Below are positions 1 through 7,720 of a stretch of DNA of 24,309 bases, piece by piece. The notes under the pieces are model-generated. The model was not told the origin of the DNA and did not search any database. It saw only the letters and a list, made by a program, of their open reading frames with translations. Positions within the stretch are counted from its first letter, which is position 1; every line of letters starts with the position of its first letter. Made by a program: the position numbers and the translations under genes. Where the stretch lies: the NCBI GenBank assembly GCA_030039815.1, contig JASHUW010000516.1, forward strand, positions 1 through 24,309, in the 5' to 3' direction. The DNA comes from Alphaproteobacteria bacterium. Its GTDB lineage: Bacteria; Pseudomonadota; Alphaproteobacteria; ATCC43930; CGMCC-115725.

Positions 1-89
1 CCTTCGACCCACGGCCTGGTCTGAAAATCAGGGCATTCGAGATCGGACAGACGCTTGGCGTAGTCCGGAGGCAGTTTTTCGAGACGCAT
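1..89 (-). CDS. 5' end of an unidentified protein running off the window edge (MRLEKLPPDYAKRLSDLECPDFQTRPWVE...)
   Basis: ATG at 89 (minus) is preceded by AGGGAG about 5 nt upstream. The frame stays open to position 1 and starts 38 nt after the M20 peptidase stop. Too short for the ORF track and for a family call. Confidence 0.55.
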   Translation of the reverse strand, partial: MRLEKLPPDYAKRLSDLECPDFQTRPWVE

Positions 90-127
90 ACCCACTCCCT
101 CGTCCGACTGCGGCCAGTGTAGCCCAT

Positions 128-1519
128 TCAATTGCGCGTAGGTACGCCTTCTTCGCCGAGGTCCCAATAAATCCCGGTCATCACCGCCAGCGCCTCGCGG
201 GCAATGGGGGCGAGCATGTGCTCGTTGGGCGCGTGCTGCGAGCACGAGGCGTAGGAATGCGGGACCCAGATCGTCGGCAGGCCGAGATCGCTGGCGAAAA
301 TGTCGTTGGGCAGCGAGCCGCCGAGATTGGGCAAGATCGCCGGGCGCTTGCCGGTGGTCTCGGCGATCGAGCGAGCCGCCCAGCGCACCCAGTCATGATC
401 GGGATCGAGCCGGGTCGCCGGGAAATAGGCTTTTTTCCACGGCTCGATTTTCACCATCGGAAAGCCGGCCCGATCGAGATGGCGGCGCAGCGCCGGCATG
501 AACTCCTCAGGGTCGACGCCGACGACGAACCTGATCTGGCAGGTCGCGGTGGCCTTGGGCGGGATCGCGTTGACCGGGTTCTTCGGGTTGCCGGTGGTGA
601 ATGCCAGCACCTCGAAACTGCACCAGCCGAACACCTTTTCGCTGGGGGTCAGGCCCGGCTCGCCCCAATCGGGATCGATCTTGGGTGCGTCCTCGCCACC
701 CTCGACGGTGCAGTCGGCCAAGGCCACGCGCACCGAATTTGGCATCGCCTGAGGCACCCATTCCTTGATCTTGATCGCGCCCTTGTCGCTGGTGATCGAC
801 GCCAGCGCGTGCGCCAGGATGATGCCGGGGTTGGCGAGGAGCCCGCCCCAATTCCCCGAATGATGCCCGCCCTCGCGCAAATCGACGACGAGGTCGAAAT
901 TCATCGCGCCGCGCGCGCCGAGAAAGATGGTCGGCCGCTCCGGCGCGAGGCGCGGCCCGTCCGAGGCGATCAGCACATCCGCCTCGAGACGCGCCTTCTC
1001 GTCGCGGCAGATCTCGCGCAAGCCGGGCGAGCCGATCTCCTCGCCGGTTTCCAGCAGTAAAATGGAATTAAAGCCGAGCCGGCCGCGCGCGTTCAGCACG
1101 GTTTCGAGCGCGGCGATGTTGATCGAGTGCTGGCCCTTGTTGTCGGCGGTGCCGCGGCCGTAGAGCCGGTCGCCCTGTCGGGTCAGCGCCCACGGGGAGA
1201 GACCGTCGCGCCATTGCGACTCGAGCCCGCGAATCACGTCGCCATGGCCGTAGCCGAGCACGGTCGTCGCGGCATCTTTCTCGCGGCGCTCGGCGATGAG
1301 GATCGGCCCGCCGCGTACCGGATTGTCGAAGATCGTGCTCTCGAAGCCGAGCCGCCGCAGCGTCGGTGCGATCTCGTCGCCGAGATAGGCGCGCAGCACA
1401 AGGCCGCTGCCCTCAACCTGGCTTTCGGTCGGTATCGCGACCCGGCGCGCCAGATCGGTGGCAAACCCGCCTTCGTCGAAATAGGCCTCAACGGCAGCAA
1501 TAGCGGCGGCGCGGGTCAT
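128..1519 (-). CDS. M20/M25/M40 family metallopeptidase (ArgE/DapE-like dipeptidase subgroup), 463 aa
   Basis: Metal and catalytic motifs GHGDV, GRGTADNKGQ, GEEIGSP, SDG and HAPNEH. Start moved from the ORF-track 1537 to ATG 1519, which follows GGAGG. Confidence 0.9.
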   Translation of the reverse strand: MTRAAAIAAVEAYFDEGGFATDLARRVAIPTESQVEGSGLVLRAYLGDEIAPTLRRLGFESTIFDNPVRGGPILIAERREKDAATTVLGYGHGDVIRGLESQWRDGLSPWALTRQGDRLYGRGTADNKGQHSINIAALETVLNARGRLGFNSILLLETGEEIGSPGLREICRDEKARLEADVLIASDGPRLAPERPTIFLGARGAMNFDLVVDLREGGHHSGNWGGLLANPGIILAHALASITSDKGAIKIKEWVPQAMPNSVRVALADCTVEGGEDAPKIDPDWGEPGLTPSEKVFGWCSFEVLAFTTGNPKNPVNAIPPKATATCQIRFVVGVDPEEFMPALRRHLDRAGFPMVKIEPWKKAYFPATRLDPDHDWVRWAARSIAETTGKRPAILPNLGGSLPNDIFASDLGLPTIWVPHSYASCSQHAPNEHMLAPIAREALAVMTGIYWDLGEEGVPTRN

Positions 1520-1711
1520 CGGCCCTCCCGGGTGCAAGGGGCGGCAGCTAAGCAGGAATCTTTGGCGGCGTCAGCATCGTGGACCGCAAATTCGTCCAAT
1601 CTCCGCCACAGTTTGCGGCATAATGCCCAGGGCTTGGGCGGTTTGAGGTCGCTGCGGGGGCCACGGCATGAGCGCGGTAGAAGGCTGCCGGCTGCGTTCC
1701 GGCAGGCGGTG

Positions 1712-3760
1712 ATGGCCGACCGGCCGCTTCGCGTCGACCCGAGCGAACGCGCTTCCGCCGGCGCGACGCGCGGTCGCCGCCCGTCCCCTCCTCCGTCGGG
1801 AAGCGGCGGGCCACCGAAACGCGGACGCGGACGCCGCCGGCTCCGCGGCTTCTGGAACCTGGCGCTGCTGCTCATCTTATGGGGCGCCATCCTCGGTGCC
1901 GGGGTGATCGGTTATTTCGCGCTGACTCTGCCGGACACCAATCAACTGACCGTCGCCGAGCGGCGGCCGAGCGTCACCATCCTGGCCGACGACGGCAGCA
2001 TCATCGCCACGTTCGGCGATCTGTTCGGCCAGCCGCTGACCTTGAAGGAGATGTCGCCGTGGCTGCCGAAAGCGGTGGTGGCAACGGAAGACCGGCGTTT
2101 CTATAGCCATTTCGGGATCGACCCGATCGGCCTGATTCGCGCCGCCTTCACCGATTTGCGGACCGGGCATGTGGTGCAGGGCGGCAGCACGATCACCCAG
2201 CAGCTTGCCAAGACCATCTTCCTCACCCCCGAGCGCAGCCTGTCGCGCAAAATCCGCGAGGCGCTGTTGGCGCTCTGGCTCGAGCACCGCTTCACCAAGG
2301 ACCAGATCCTCGAAATCTATTTGAACCGCGTCTATCTGGGCGCCGGTACGTACGGGGTGGACGCAGCCGCGCATCGCTATTTCGGCAAATCCGCGGCCAA
2401 GCTGAACCTGTACGAGAGCGCGGTGATCGCCGGGCTGTTGAAGGCGCCGACCCGCTTCAACCCGACCCGCGACAAGGACAAGACCATGGCGCGCGCGGCC
2501 CAGGTGCTTGACCTCATGGTCGAGACCGGCGCGATCGACCAGCAGCAGGCGGCAGCGGCCGAGAAGTCAGGCGCAGAACTCAACCGCGTGGCACTTGCCC
2601 AGCCGGGAGCGCGCTACTTCGCCGACTGGATCGCCGATCAGGTGCGCGACTTCGCCGGCACCGCCGACCGCGACCTGACCGTCCGCACCACGCTCGACCC
2701 GCGCATGCAGGGCGAGGCTGAGAACGCCGTCGGGAGCGCGCTGGCAAAAGACGGCATCAAGGACGCGGTGAGCCAAGGCGCGCTGGTCGCGATGACCCCG
2801 GACGGCGCGGTGCGCGCGATGGTCGGCGGCCGCGACTATAACGAAAGCCAGTTCAACCGCGCGACCCAGGCCGAACGCCAGCCCGGCTCGGCGTTCAAGC
2901 CGTTCGTCTATCTCGCCGGGATCGAGGCCGGGCTCAGACCCGACGACCATTTCATCGACGGGCCCATCCAGATCGGCAATTGGCGACCGCATAACTATAC
3001 GAACCGCTATCTCGGCGACGTCACCGTAGCCGAGGCGCTCGCCGAGTCGATCAACACCGTCGCCGCCCAAGTCGCGCAGCGCGCCGGCATTCCGAACGTC
3101 ATCGCGGTGGCGACCCGGCTCGGCATCACCTCCGATCTCGCACCCGATGCCAGCATCGCGCTCGGCACCAGCGACGTGAACCTGTTGGAGCTGGTTTCGG
3201 CCTACGCGCCCTTCGCCAATGGAGGAACCGGGGTCTTGGCCTATGGGATCAAGGAGATCACCGACACTGCCGGCAAGGTCATCTATCGCCGCACCGGCTC
3301 GGGGCCCGGCCAGGTCGTGCCGCCCGAGGAAGTCGGGCTGATGAATCAGATGCTGGCCGGGGTCATCGCGCACGGCACCGGCAGGGCGGCGGCGTTGCCG
3401 CGCCCGGCCGCAGGCAAGACCGGCACGACACAGGACTATAAGGACGCCTGGTTCATCGGCTACACCGCCGACCTCGTCGCCGGCGTCTGGATGGGCAACG
3501 ACGACAACACGCCGATGAACAAGGTCACCGGCGGCTCGCTGCCCGCACCGGTGTGGAAGGCCTTCATGCTCGCCGCGACCCAGGGCATGCCAATCCGCCC
3601 GCTGTCCAGCGCCCCCTTCCAGGCGGCGGCTGGAGAGACGACGATGGACCAGCTCTTCGGCCAGGCCGCCGTGCCGGTGCCGTTGACACCGCCGCAAAAT
3701 TTAGCGCCGTTGGGCGTCATCCCGGTCGGCACGGTGGTGCCGCCACCGCCGCGGAACTAA
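1712..3760 (+). CDS. Class A penicillin-binding protein (PBP1A family transglycosylase/transpeptidase), about 682 aa
   Basis: Basic N-tail plus TM helix. GT51 motifs EDRRFYSHFGID, GGSTITQQLAK, RKIRE and ILEIYLN. Transpeptidase motifs SAFK, SIN and KTG. Start is inferred at ATG 1712; the 1127-1711 part of the ORF is antisense overlap with the M20 gene and intergenic DNA. Confidence 0.93.
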   Translation: MADRPLRVDPSERASAGATRGRRPSPPPSGSGGPPKRGRGRRRLRGFWNLALLLILWGAILGAGVIGYFALTLPDTNQLTVAERRPSVTILADDGSIIATFGDLFGQPLTLKEMSPWLPKAVVATEDRRFYSHFGIDPIGLIRAAFTDLRTGHVVQGGSTITQQLAKTIFLTPERSLSRKIREALLALWLEHRFTKDQILEIYLNRVYLGAGTYGVDAAAHRYFGKSAAKLNLYESAVIAGLLKAPTRFNPTRDKDKTMARAAQVLDLMVETGAIDQQQAAAAEKSGAELNRVALAQPGARYFADWIADQVRDFAGTADRDLTVRTTLDPRMQGEAENAVGSALAKDGIKDAVSQGALVAMTPDGAVRAMVGGRDYNESQFNRATQAERQPGSAFKPFVYLAGIEAGLRPDDHFIDGPIQIGNWRPHNYTNRYLGDVTVAEALAESINTVAAQVAQRAGIPNVIAVATRLGITSDLAPDASIALGTSDVNLLELVSAYAPFANGGTGVLAYGIKEITDTAGKVIYRRTGSGPGQVVPPEEVGLMNQMLAGVIAHGTGRAAALPRPAAGKTGTTQDYKDAWFIGYTADLVAGVWMGNDDNTPMNKVTGGSLPAPVWKAFMLAATQGMPIRPLSSAPFQAAAGETTMDQLFGQAAVPVPLTPPQNLAPLGVIPVGTVVPPPPRN

Positions 3761-3763
3761 AAA

Positions 3764-3845
3764 TCGTCCTTCCCGCCAAGGCGGGAACCCAGGGGCGAGC
3801 AATGAGCCCGTTGCCCCCCGGGGCCCCACTTACGCGGAAGCGACG
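3764..3845. repeat. Degenerate composite REP-like palindromic element between convergent genes; possible bidirectional terminator
   Basis: Left arm GTCCTTCCCGCCAAGGCGGGAACCCAGGGGC contains the perfect stem TTCCCGCC-AA-GGCGGGAA (3770-3787). The decayed inverted right arm is GCCCCCCGGGCCCCACTTACGCGGAAGCGAC, with outer TCGTC/GACGA pairing. Resembles the GTCATTCCCGCGAAAGCGGGAATCC repeat family. Confidence 0.7.
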
Positions 3846-3853
3846 ACAAGTGA

Positions 3854-4477
3854 CTAATGCAACGGCGAGAACGCCGCCGGGATCACGAACATATTTTCCT
3901 GGCGGACGAACTGACCGCGGGTCGCCGGCGGCCAGGCGCCAATCGCCTGCGCCTCGGCGCGAATGCGGAAGCGCTCGGCCGCATCCTTGTACGCCCAGAC
4001 ATGGATCCACTGGTTGAGCCCGCCCAATTCAGTCGAACCGCAGAACGCGAGCGGCGACAGCTTGGTGCGGCCTTCGATCCGCTCCGCCCAGCGCTCGGTC
4101 ACGGTCGGCAGCGCCCCCGGCAGCATCGTGTAGGTGCGGATCTCGTAGAGACCGCCGAGGCCGCGATCGCCCAGCGCTGGCGAAAACGGCGCGAGGTTGA
4201 TGATCTTTGATTCCATCTCTTCGATGAATTCGCCAATCGGCGGCGGCCAACCCGAGAGCTTCATTGCCTCCGCCCGCAGCTTTTCGCGCGCGGCCAGGCT
4301 CTCATAGGGCCAGCAATGGATGATGCGGTTGAGCGGGCCGACCTCGGTATGGAAGAACCCGCCAAGCGGCGCGACTTTGTTGCGGCCTGATTTTTCAAGG
4401 GCTTCGCCAAACCGCTTGACGACTTCAGGGATCGAGCCGGGCTTCACCCGGTAGGTGCGCATTTCGACGATCGCCAT
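3854..4477 (-). CDS. NIPSNAP family protein with two tandem NIPSNAP domains, 207 aa
   Basis: Two repeats of E(M/I)RTY...G.F/L..E.G.LN..IH.W.Y...A.R...RAEA. Strong RBS GGGAGG upstream of the ATG. Confidence 0.9.
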   Translation of the reverse strand: MAIVEMRTYRVKPGSIPEVVKRFGEALEKSGRNKVAPLGGFFHTEVGPLNRIIHCWPYESLAAREKLRAEAMKLSGWPPPIGEFIEEMESKIINLAPFSPALGDRGLGGLYEIRTYTMLPGALPTVTERWAERIEGRTKLSPLAFCGSTELGGLNQWIHVWAYKDAAERFRIRAEAQAIGAWPPATRGQFVRQENMFVIPAAFSPLH

Positions 4478-4568
4478 ATCTTGTCCTCCCCAATCCGGAT
4501 TGATGGCGACAATCTAACGGCCGAACCACGGGCCAGCACAAGCCCTAACCAGCGCCTCTCGCGATTGC

Positions 4569-4751
4569 TCAGCCGGCGGTCGCTTGTGCGGTTCGCCAGG
4601 CGATCTCCGTTTCGAGTTGAGCAATCATTCGCGCCAGATCACTGCGCTCGGGGTGAGCGCAGTGCAGCTCGTCATGCTTGGCGACGAGGTCGGCCAGCGC
4701 CTGCCGCAGCGGGCGAAGCCGGCTTAATGGATCGCTGGGGTGCTTGATCAT
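4569..4751 (-). CDS. Hypothetical 60-aa protein, predicted helical hairpin
   Basis: Fills the gap between two co-oriented genes. Mostly G/C-ending codons, two amphipathic helical stretches, and TATAGT 20 nt upstream of the ATG. No SD and no recognised family. Confidence 0.5.
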   Translation of the reverse strand: MIKHPSDPLSRLRPLRQALADLVAKHDELHCAHPERSDLARMIAQLETEIAWRTAQATAG

Positions 4752-4835
4752 GAGAGCAATCTTGACGAGCGACTATAACGGGATGGGCGCGATCCGGGCA
4801 GAAATCGCCTTGCGTTAAGCAATTAACCGCGGTCG

Positions 4836-5762
4836 TCATCGCGGGATGGACGAACCGCTCAGCCGTTCTTCCAGCAACGCGTAAACGCCCTCCGCATCGA
4901 CGGTGCGGAGCACCTTCGCGTTTACCGGGCGACCGCTGACGCCGCGCCAATCGACGACCGTCATCCCAAGCGTCAGAGCGCTCTCGCATTCGATCGCGAC
5001 ATTGACACGGCTGCCTTGGAACAGCTTGGGGGCGAGCAGATAGGCGATGACGCAAGGGTCGTGCAGAGCACTCGGCTGCGCTCCGGACGGCTCCAGCAAT
5101 CGCGCCACCGCGGCCGCGACCGGGCCGCCCAGAGCCGCGACGCGGGCAATGCGCTCGGGCGTGCTGCGCACCTGGTGGGTGACGTCGAGCGGGATCATCG
5201 TGATCGGCAACCCACTTTCGAACACCACCTGCGCGGCGTGCGGGTCGGCGTGGATGTTGAACTCCGCCGCCGGGGTCGTATTGCCGAGCGCGCGCGAGGC
5301 CCCGCCCATCAGCACCAGCTCGCCCACTCGCTCGACGATGTCGGGCGCCTTGATGACGGCCATCGCGACATTGGTGAGTGGCCCCAGCGCGCACCAGGTG
5401 ACGCTCTTTGCCGGGGCCGCGCGCATCAGATCGATCGTTGCATCGACGCCGTGCTCGGCCCTGAGCGCCATCGTCGGCGCCGGCAAGACCAGCGCTCCCA
5501 ACCCCGTTTCGCCGTGAAAATGCTCGGCTGTGATCGGCGGTCGGGTGATCGGCCGTCCGCAACCGGCGTACACGGCGATATTCGACCGCCCGCCCAGCTC
5601 ACAAATCGCTCGCGCATTCGCCTCGGTGACTGCAAGCGGCATGTTGCCCGCCACCGCGACCACGGCGTCGACCTCAAGCTCGGTCGAAGCGAGCGCCAGG
5701 AGGATCGCGACGGCGTCGTCGATGCCGGGATCGGTGTCGATGATGATGTGGCGCGCTGTCAT
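4836..5762 (-). CDS. Nucleoside hydrolase (IU-NH/RihA-like family), 308 aa
   Basis: N-terminal DTDPGIDD (DXDXXXDD) motif, plus HGETGLG, LGPLTNVA, GNTTPAAEFN and LHDP. Start is inferred at MTARHIIID (5762) rather than 5876. Confidence 0.93.
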   Translation of the reverse strand: MTARHIIIDTDPGIDDAVAILLALASTELEVDAVVAVAGNMPLAVTEANARAICELGGRSNIAVYAGCGRPITRPPITAEHFHGETGLGALVLPAPTMALRAEHGVDATIDLMRAAPAKSVTWCALGPLTNVAMAVIKAPDIVERVGELVLMGGASRALGNTTPAAEFNIHADPHAAQVVFESGLPITMIPLDVTHQVRSTPERIARVAALGGPVAAAVARLLEPSGAQPSALHDPCVIAYLLAPKLFQGSRVNVAIECESALTLGMTVVDWRGVSGRPVNAKVLRTVDAEGVYALLEERLSGSSIPR

Positions 5763-5863
5763 GTTCTTGGAACCGTTGGCCTGAGAAAACCGGCGAAAAC
5801 CGACCCGCTCCACCATTCTAGGCCGGGCGCGACCGATTTGTGACGCGAGATTGTGCAACCCCC

Positions 5864-5892
5864 TTGACGGAACCAAAGTAGAACATTATATG
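5864..5892 (+). promoter_or_regulatory. Sigma70-type lexA promoter
   Basis: TTGACG (5864-5869), 17-nt spacer, TATATG (5887-5892), 38 nt before the lexA ATG. GGGAG SD at about 5920. Confidence 0.7.
5870..5884 (+). promoter_or_regulatory. Alphaproteobacterial LexA (SOS) box 1
   Basis: GAAC-CAAAGTA-GAAC is an exact GAAC-N7-GAAC match and lies in the -35/-10 spacer of the lexA promoter. Confidence 0.9.
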
Positions 5893-5894
5893 GT

Positions 5895-5909
5895 GTTTTG
5901 GATTTGTTC
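5895..5909 (-). promoter_or_regulatory. Second LexA box (one mismatch, opposite orientation)
   Basis: GTTT-TGGATTT-GTTC compared with the GTTC-N7-GTTC consensus; overlaps the predicted lexA start site. Confidence 0.65.
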
Positions 5910-5930
5910 CGCCACTAGCGGGAGTTAGCC

Positions 5931-6635
5931 ATGCTTACCAGGAAACAGCACGAGCTGTTGATGTTCATCAACCAACGGCTGACCGCGACCGGCGTGTCCC
6001 CCTCCTTCGACGAAATGAAGGACGCCCTGAACCTTCGCTCCAAATCGGGCATCCACCGCCTGATCAGCGGCCTGGAGGAGCGCGGCTTCATCCGCCGCCT
6101 GCCCCACCGCGCCCGAGCCTTGGAGGTCATCAAGCTGCCCGAGGAAGTCGCGATCCCTAGCGCGGCCGAAAAGAATCGCTTTTCGCCGACCGTGATCCGC
6201 GGCGATTTCTCGGGCGCATTGCCCGGCTCGTCGGTGTCAACGGACAGCGAGGCGGTCGAGCTTCCGCTCTACGGTCGCATTGCCGCCGGCACCCCGATCG
6301 AGGCGCTGCGCGACCAGTCGGTCAGCATTGGCGTGCCTGCCGCGCTGCTCGGCCATAGCGGCGAGCATTACGCGCTCGAGGTCGCCGGCGACAGCATGGT
6401 GGACGCTGGCATTCTCGATGGCGATACTGTCATCATTCAGCGCTGCGAGACTGCGGATAACGGTTCGATCGTCGTGGCTCTCGTCGACAATCTGGAGGTG
6501 ACGTTGAAACGCCTGCGCCGCCGCGGCGCCTCGATCGCCCTGGAGCCCGCCAACCAGGCCTATGAGACGCGCATCTTCGGTCCGGACCGGGTAAAGGTGC
6601 AGGGTAAGCTCGTGGGACTTCTGCGCCGCTATTGA
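5931..6635 (+). CDS. lexA: SOS-response transcriptional repressor LexA, 234 aa
   Basis: MLTRKQ...[23 protein letters not shown] winged helix, IAAGTP Ala-Gly cleavage site, GDSM catalytic Ser, TLKR catalytic Lys. Confidence 0.98.
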   Translation: MLTRKQHELLMFINQRLTATGVSPSFDEMKDALNLRSKSGIHRLISGLEERGFIRRLPHRARALEVIKLPEEVAIPSAAEKNRFSPTVIRGDFSGALPGSSVSTDSEAVELPLYGRIAAGTPIEALRDQSVSIGVPAALLGHSGEHYALEVAGDSMVDAGILDGDTVIIQRCETADNGSIVVALVDNLEVTLKRLRRRGASIALEPANQAYETRIFGPDRVKVQGKLVGLLRRY

Positions 6636-7648
6636 ACCTCGCCCGGATTGTCGTGGCGCTTGTTGCGGCGGTGCTGCTTCGCGCAGCGCCGCCCGCAGGC
6701 GCGGCCGGGTTCCAGTACGGCACGGCGCCTGACGCGGATGACAAGCCGATCGAGCTCGGCATCTGGTATCCGAGCGATGCGCCGACCGCGCCACAGCCGC
6801 TCGGCCTGTTCACGCAGGACATCGCCTATTACGGCGCGATTTCGGGTCAGTCGCTGCCGCTGATCGTGATCTCGCACGGCACCGGCGGCGGTGCCGCCAG
6901 CCATTACGACACCGCGTTAGCGCTCGCCGATGCCGGGTTCGTCGTCGTCGCGCTGACCCATACCGGCGACAACTACAAAGACCACGCCTACAGTTTCACC
7001 CAGCGGAATTTCGTCGAACGGCCGCGCCAGGTGAGCCGGGTCATCGATTTCATGCTCAATTCCTGGGATGGACACGACCGACTCGACCCAGCGCGGATCG
7101 GCATGTTCGGGCACTCCGCCGGTGGTGCGACGACGCTGATCGTTCTGGGCGGCAACCCGGATTTCAGTTTGGCCGCGTTGTACTGTCACAAACATCCCGA
7201 AGTCTGGGATTGCGCGCAGGTCAAGGCGCTCTCGACGCGCGATTCCACCCCGGCGGCGGACGATTCGAAGCCGGCCGAATGGCATCACGATCCCCGCATC
7301 AAGGCGGCGGCGATCGCCGCGCCGGCAATTGGTTATACCTTCACCAAGGATGGGCTCGGCGCCGTCACGGCACCGATCCAGCTATGGCGCGCCGCAAACG
7401 ACCAGATCGCCGCAAATGAGTGGAACGCGGATATCATTCGCGACGCGTTGCCCAAGCCCCCCGAGGACCACGTCGTCGCCAATGCGGGACATTTCGACTT
7501 TCTCGCGCCCTGCGTCGACGCGCTGGCCAAGATCGCGCCGGAGATTTGCAAGAGCGCGCCCGACTTCGATCGGACCGCGTTCCACGCGGAGTTCAACAAG
7601 GCGCTTGCCGGCTTTTTCAAGGCGCAACTCGCCGCGTCGTCGCCTTAG
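6632..7648 (+). CDS. Secreted alpha/beta-hydrolase (predicted dienelactone hydrolase / PAF-AH-like esterase), 338 aa
   Basis: Sec-type signal ending AGA-AGF, IWYPS, SHGTGG oxyanion region, GHSAGG nucleophile elbow, GHFDFL catalytic His. TTG start overlaps the lexA TGA by 4 nt. Confidence 0.8.
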   Translation: MNLARIVVALVAAVLLRAAPPAGAAGFQYGTAPDADDKPIELGIWYPSDAPTAPQPLGLFTQDIAYYGAISGQSLPLIVISHGTGGGAASHYDTALALADAGFVVVALTHTGDNYKDHAYSFTQRNFVERPRQVSRVIDFMLNSWDGHDRLDPARIGMFGHSAGGATTLIVLGGNPDFSLAALYCHKHPEVWDCAQVKALSTRDSTPAADDSKPAEWHHDPRIKAAAIAAPAIGYTFTKDGLGAVTAPIQLWRAANDQIAANEWNADIIRDALPKPPEDHVVANAGHFDFLAPCVDALAKIAPEICKSAPDFDRTAFHAEFNKALAGFFKAQLAASSP

Positions 7649-7662
7649 TCCGCGCTTCGCGC

Positions 7663-7691
7663 TTGAATCCCGGCGCATTGCGGGTCTACTT
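7663..7691 (+). promoter_or_regulatory. Candidate promoter of the acyl-CoA ligase gene
   Basis: TTGAAT-N17-CTACTT resembles the rhizobial CTTGAC-N17-CTATAT type. GGGAGG SD before ATG 7721. Confidence 0.4.
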
Positions 7692-7720
7692 GCAAAAACG
7701 CAAGGCTTCGGGAGGAAGCA

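Noticed and set aside
1127-1711. 195-aa N-terminal extension of the PBP1A ORF (877 aa in the track)
   Set aside because: It overlaps the M20 gene antisense and intergenic DNA and has no domain-like sequence. A typical PBP start lies at 1712.
4762-4779. TTGACG...TATAAC on the plus strand resembling -35/-10 boxes
   Set aside because: The spacer is only 6 nt and no plus-strand gene follows.
4814-4827. Canonical CtrA box
   Set aside because: Spacing is N4, not N7; kept only as an unexplained palindrome.
4672-5562. 296-aa alternative-frame ORF over the nucleoside hydrolase, and many similar Arg/Ala/Gly-rich ORFs
   Set aside because: Frame-shifted shadows of GC-rich genes with no recognisable motifs.
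7665-7669. GANTC (CcrM) site in the ligase -35, with others near 1556 and 10757
   Set aside because: Isolated 5-mers; I cannot show enrichment or a GcrA-type context by eye.
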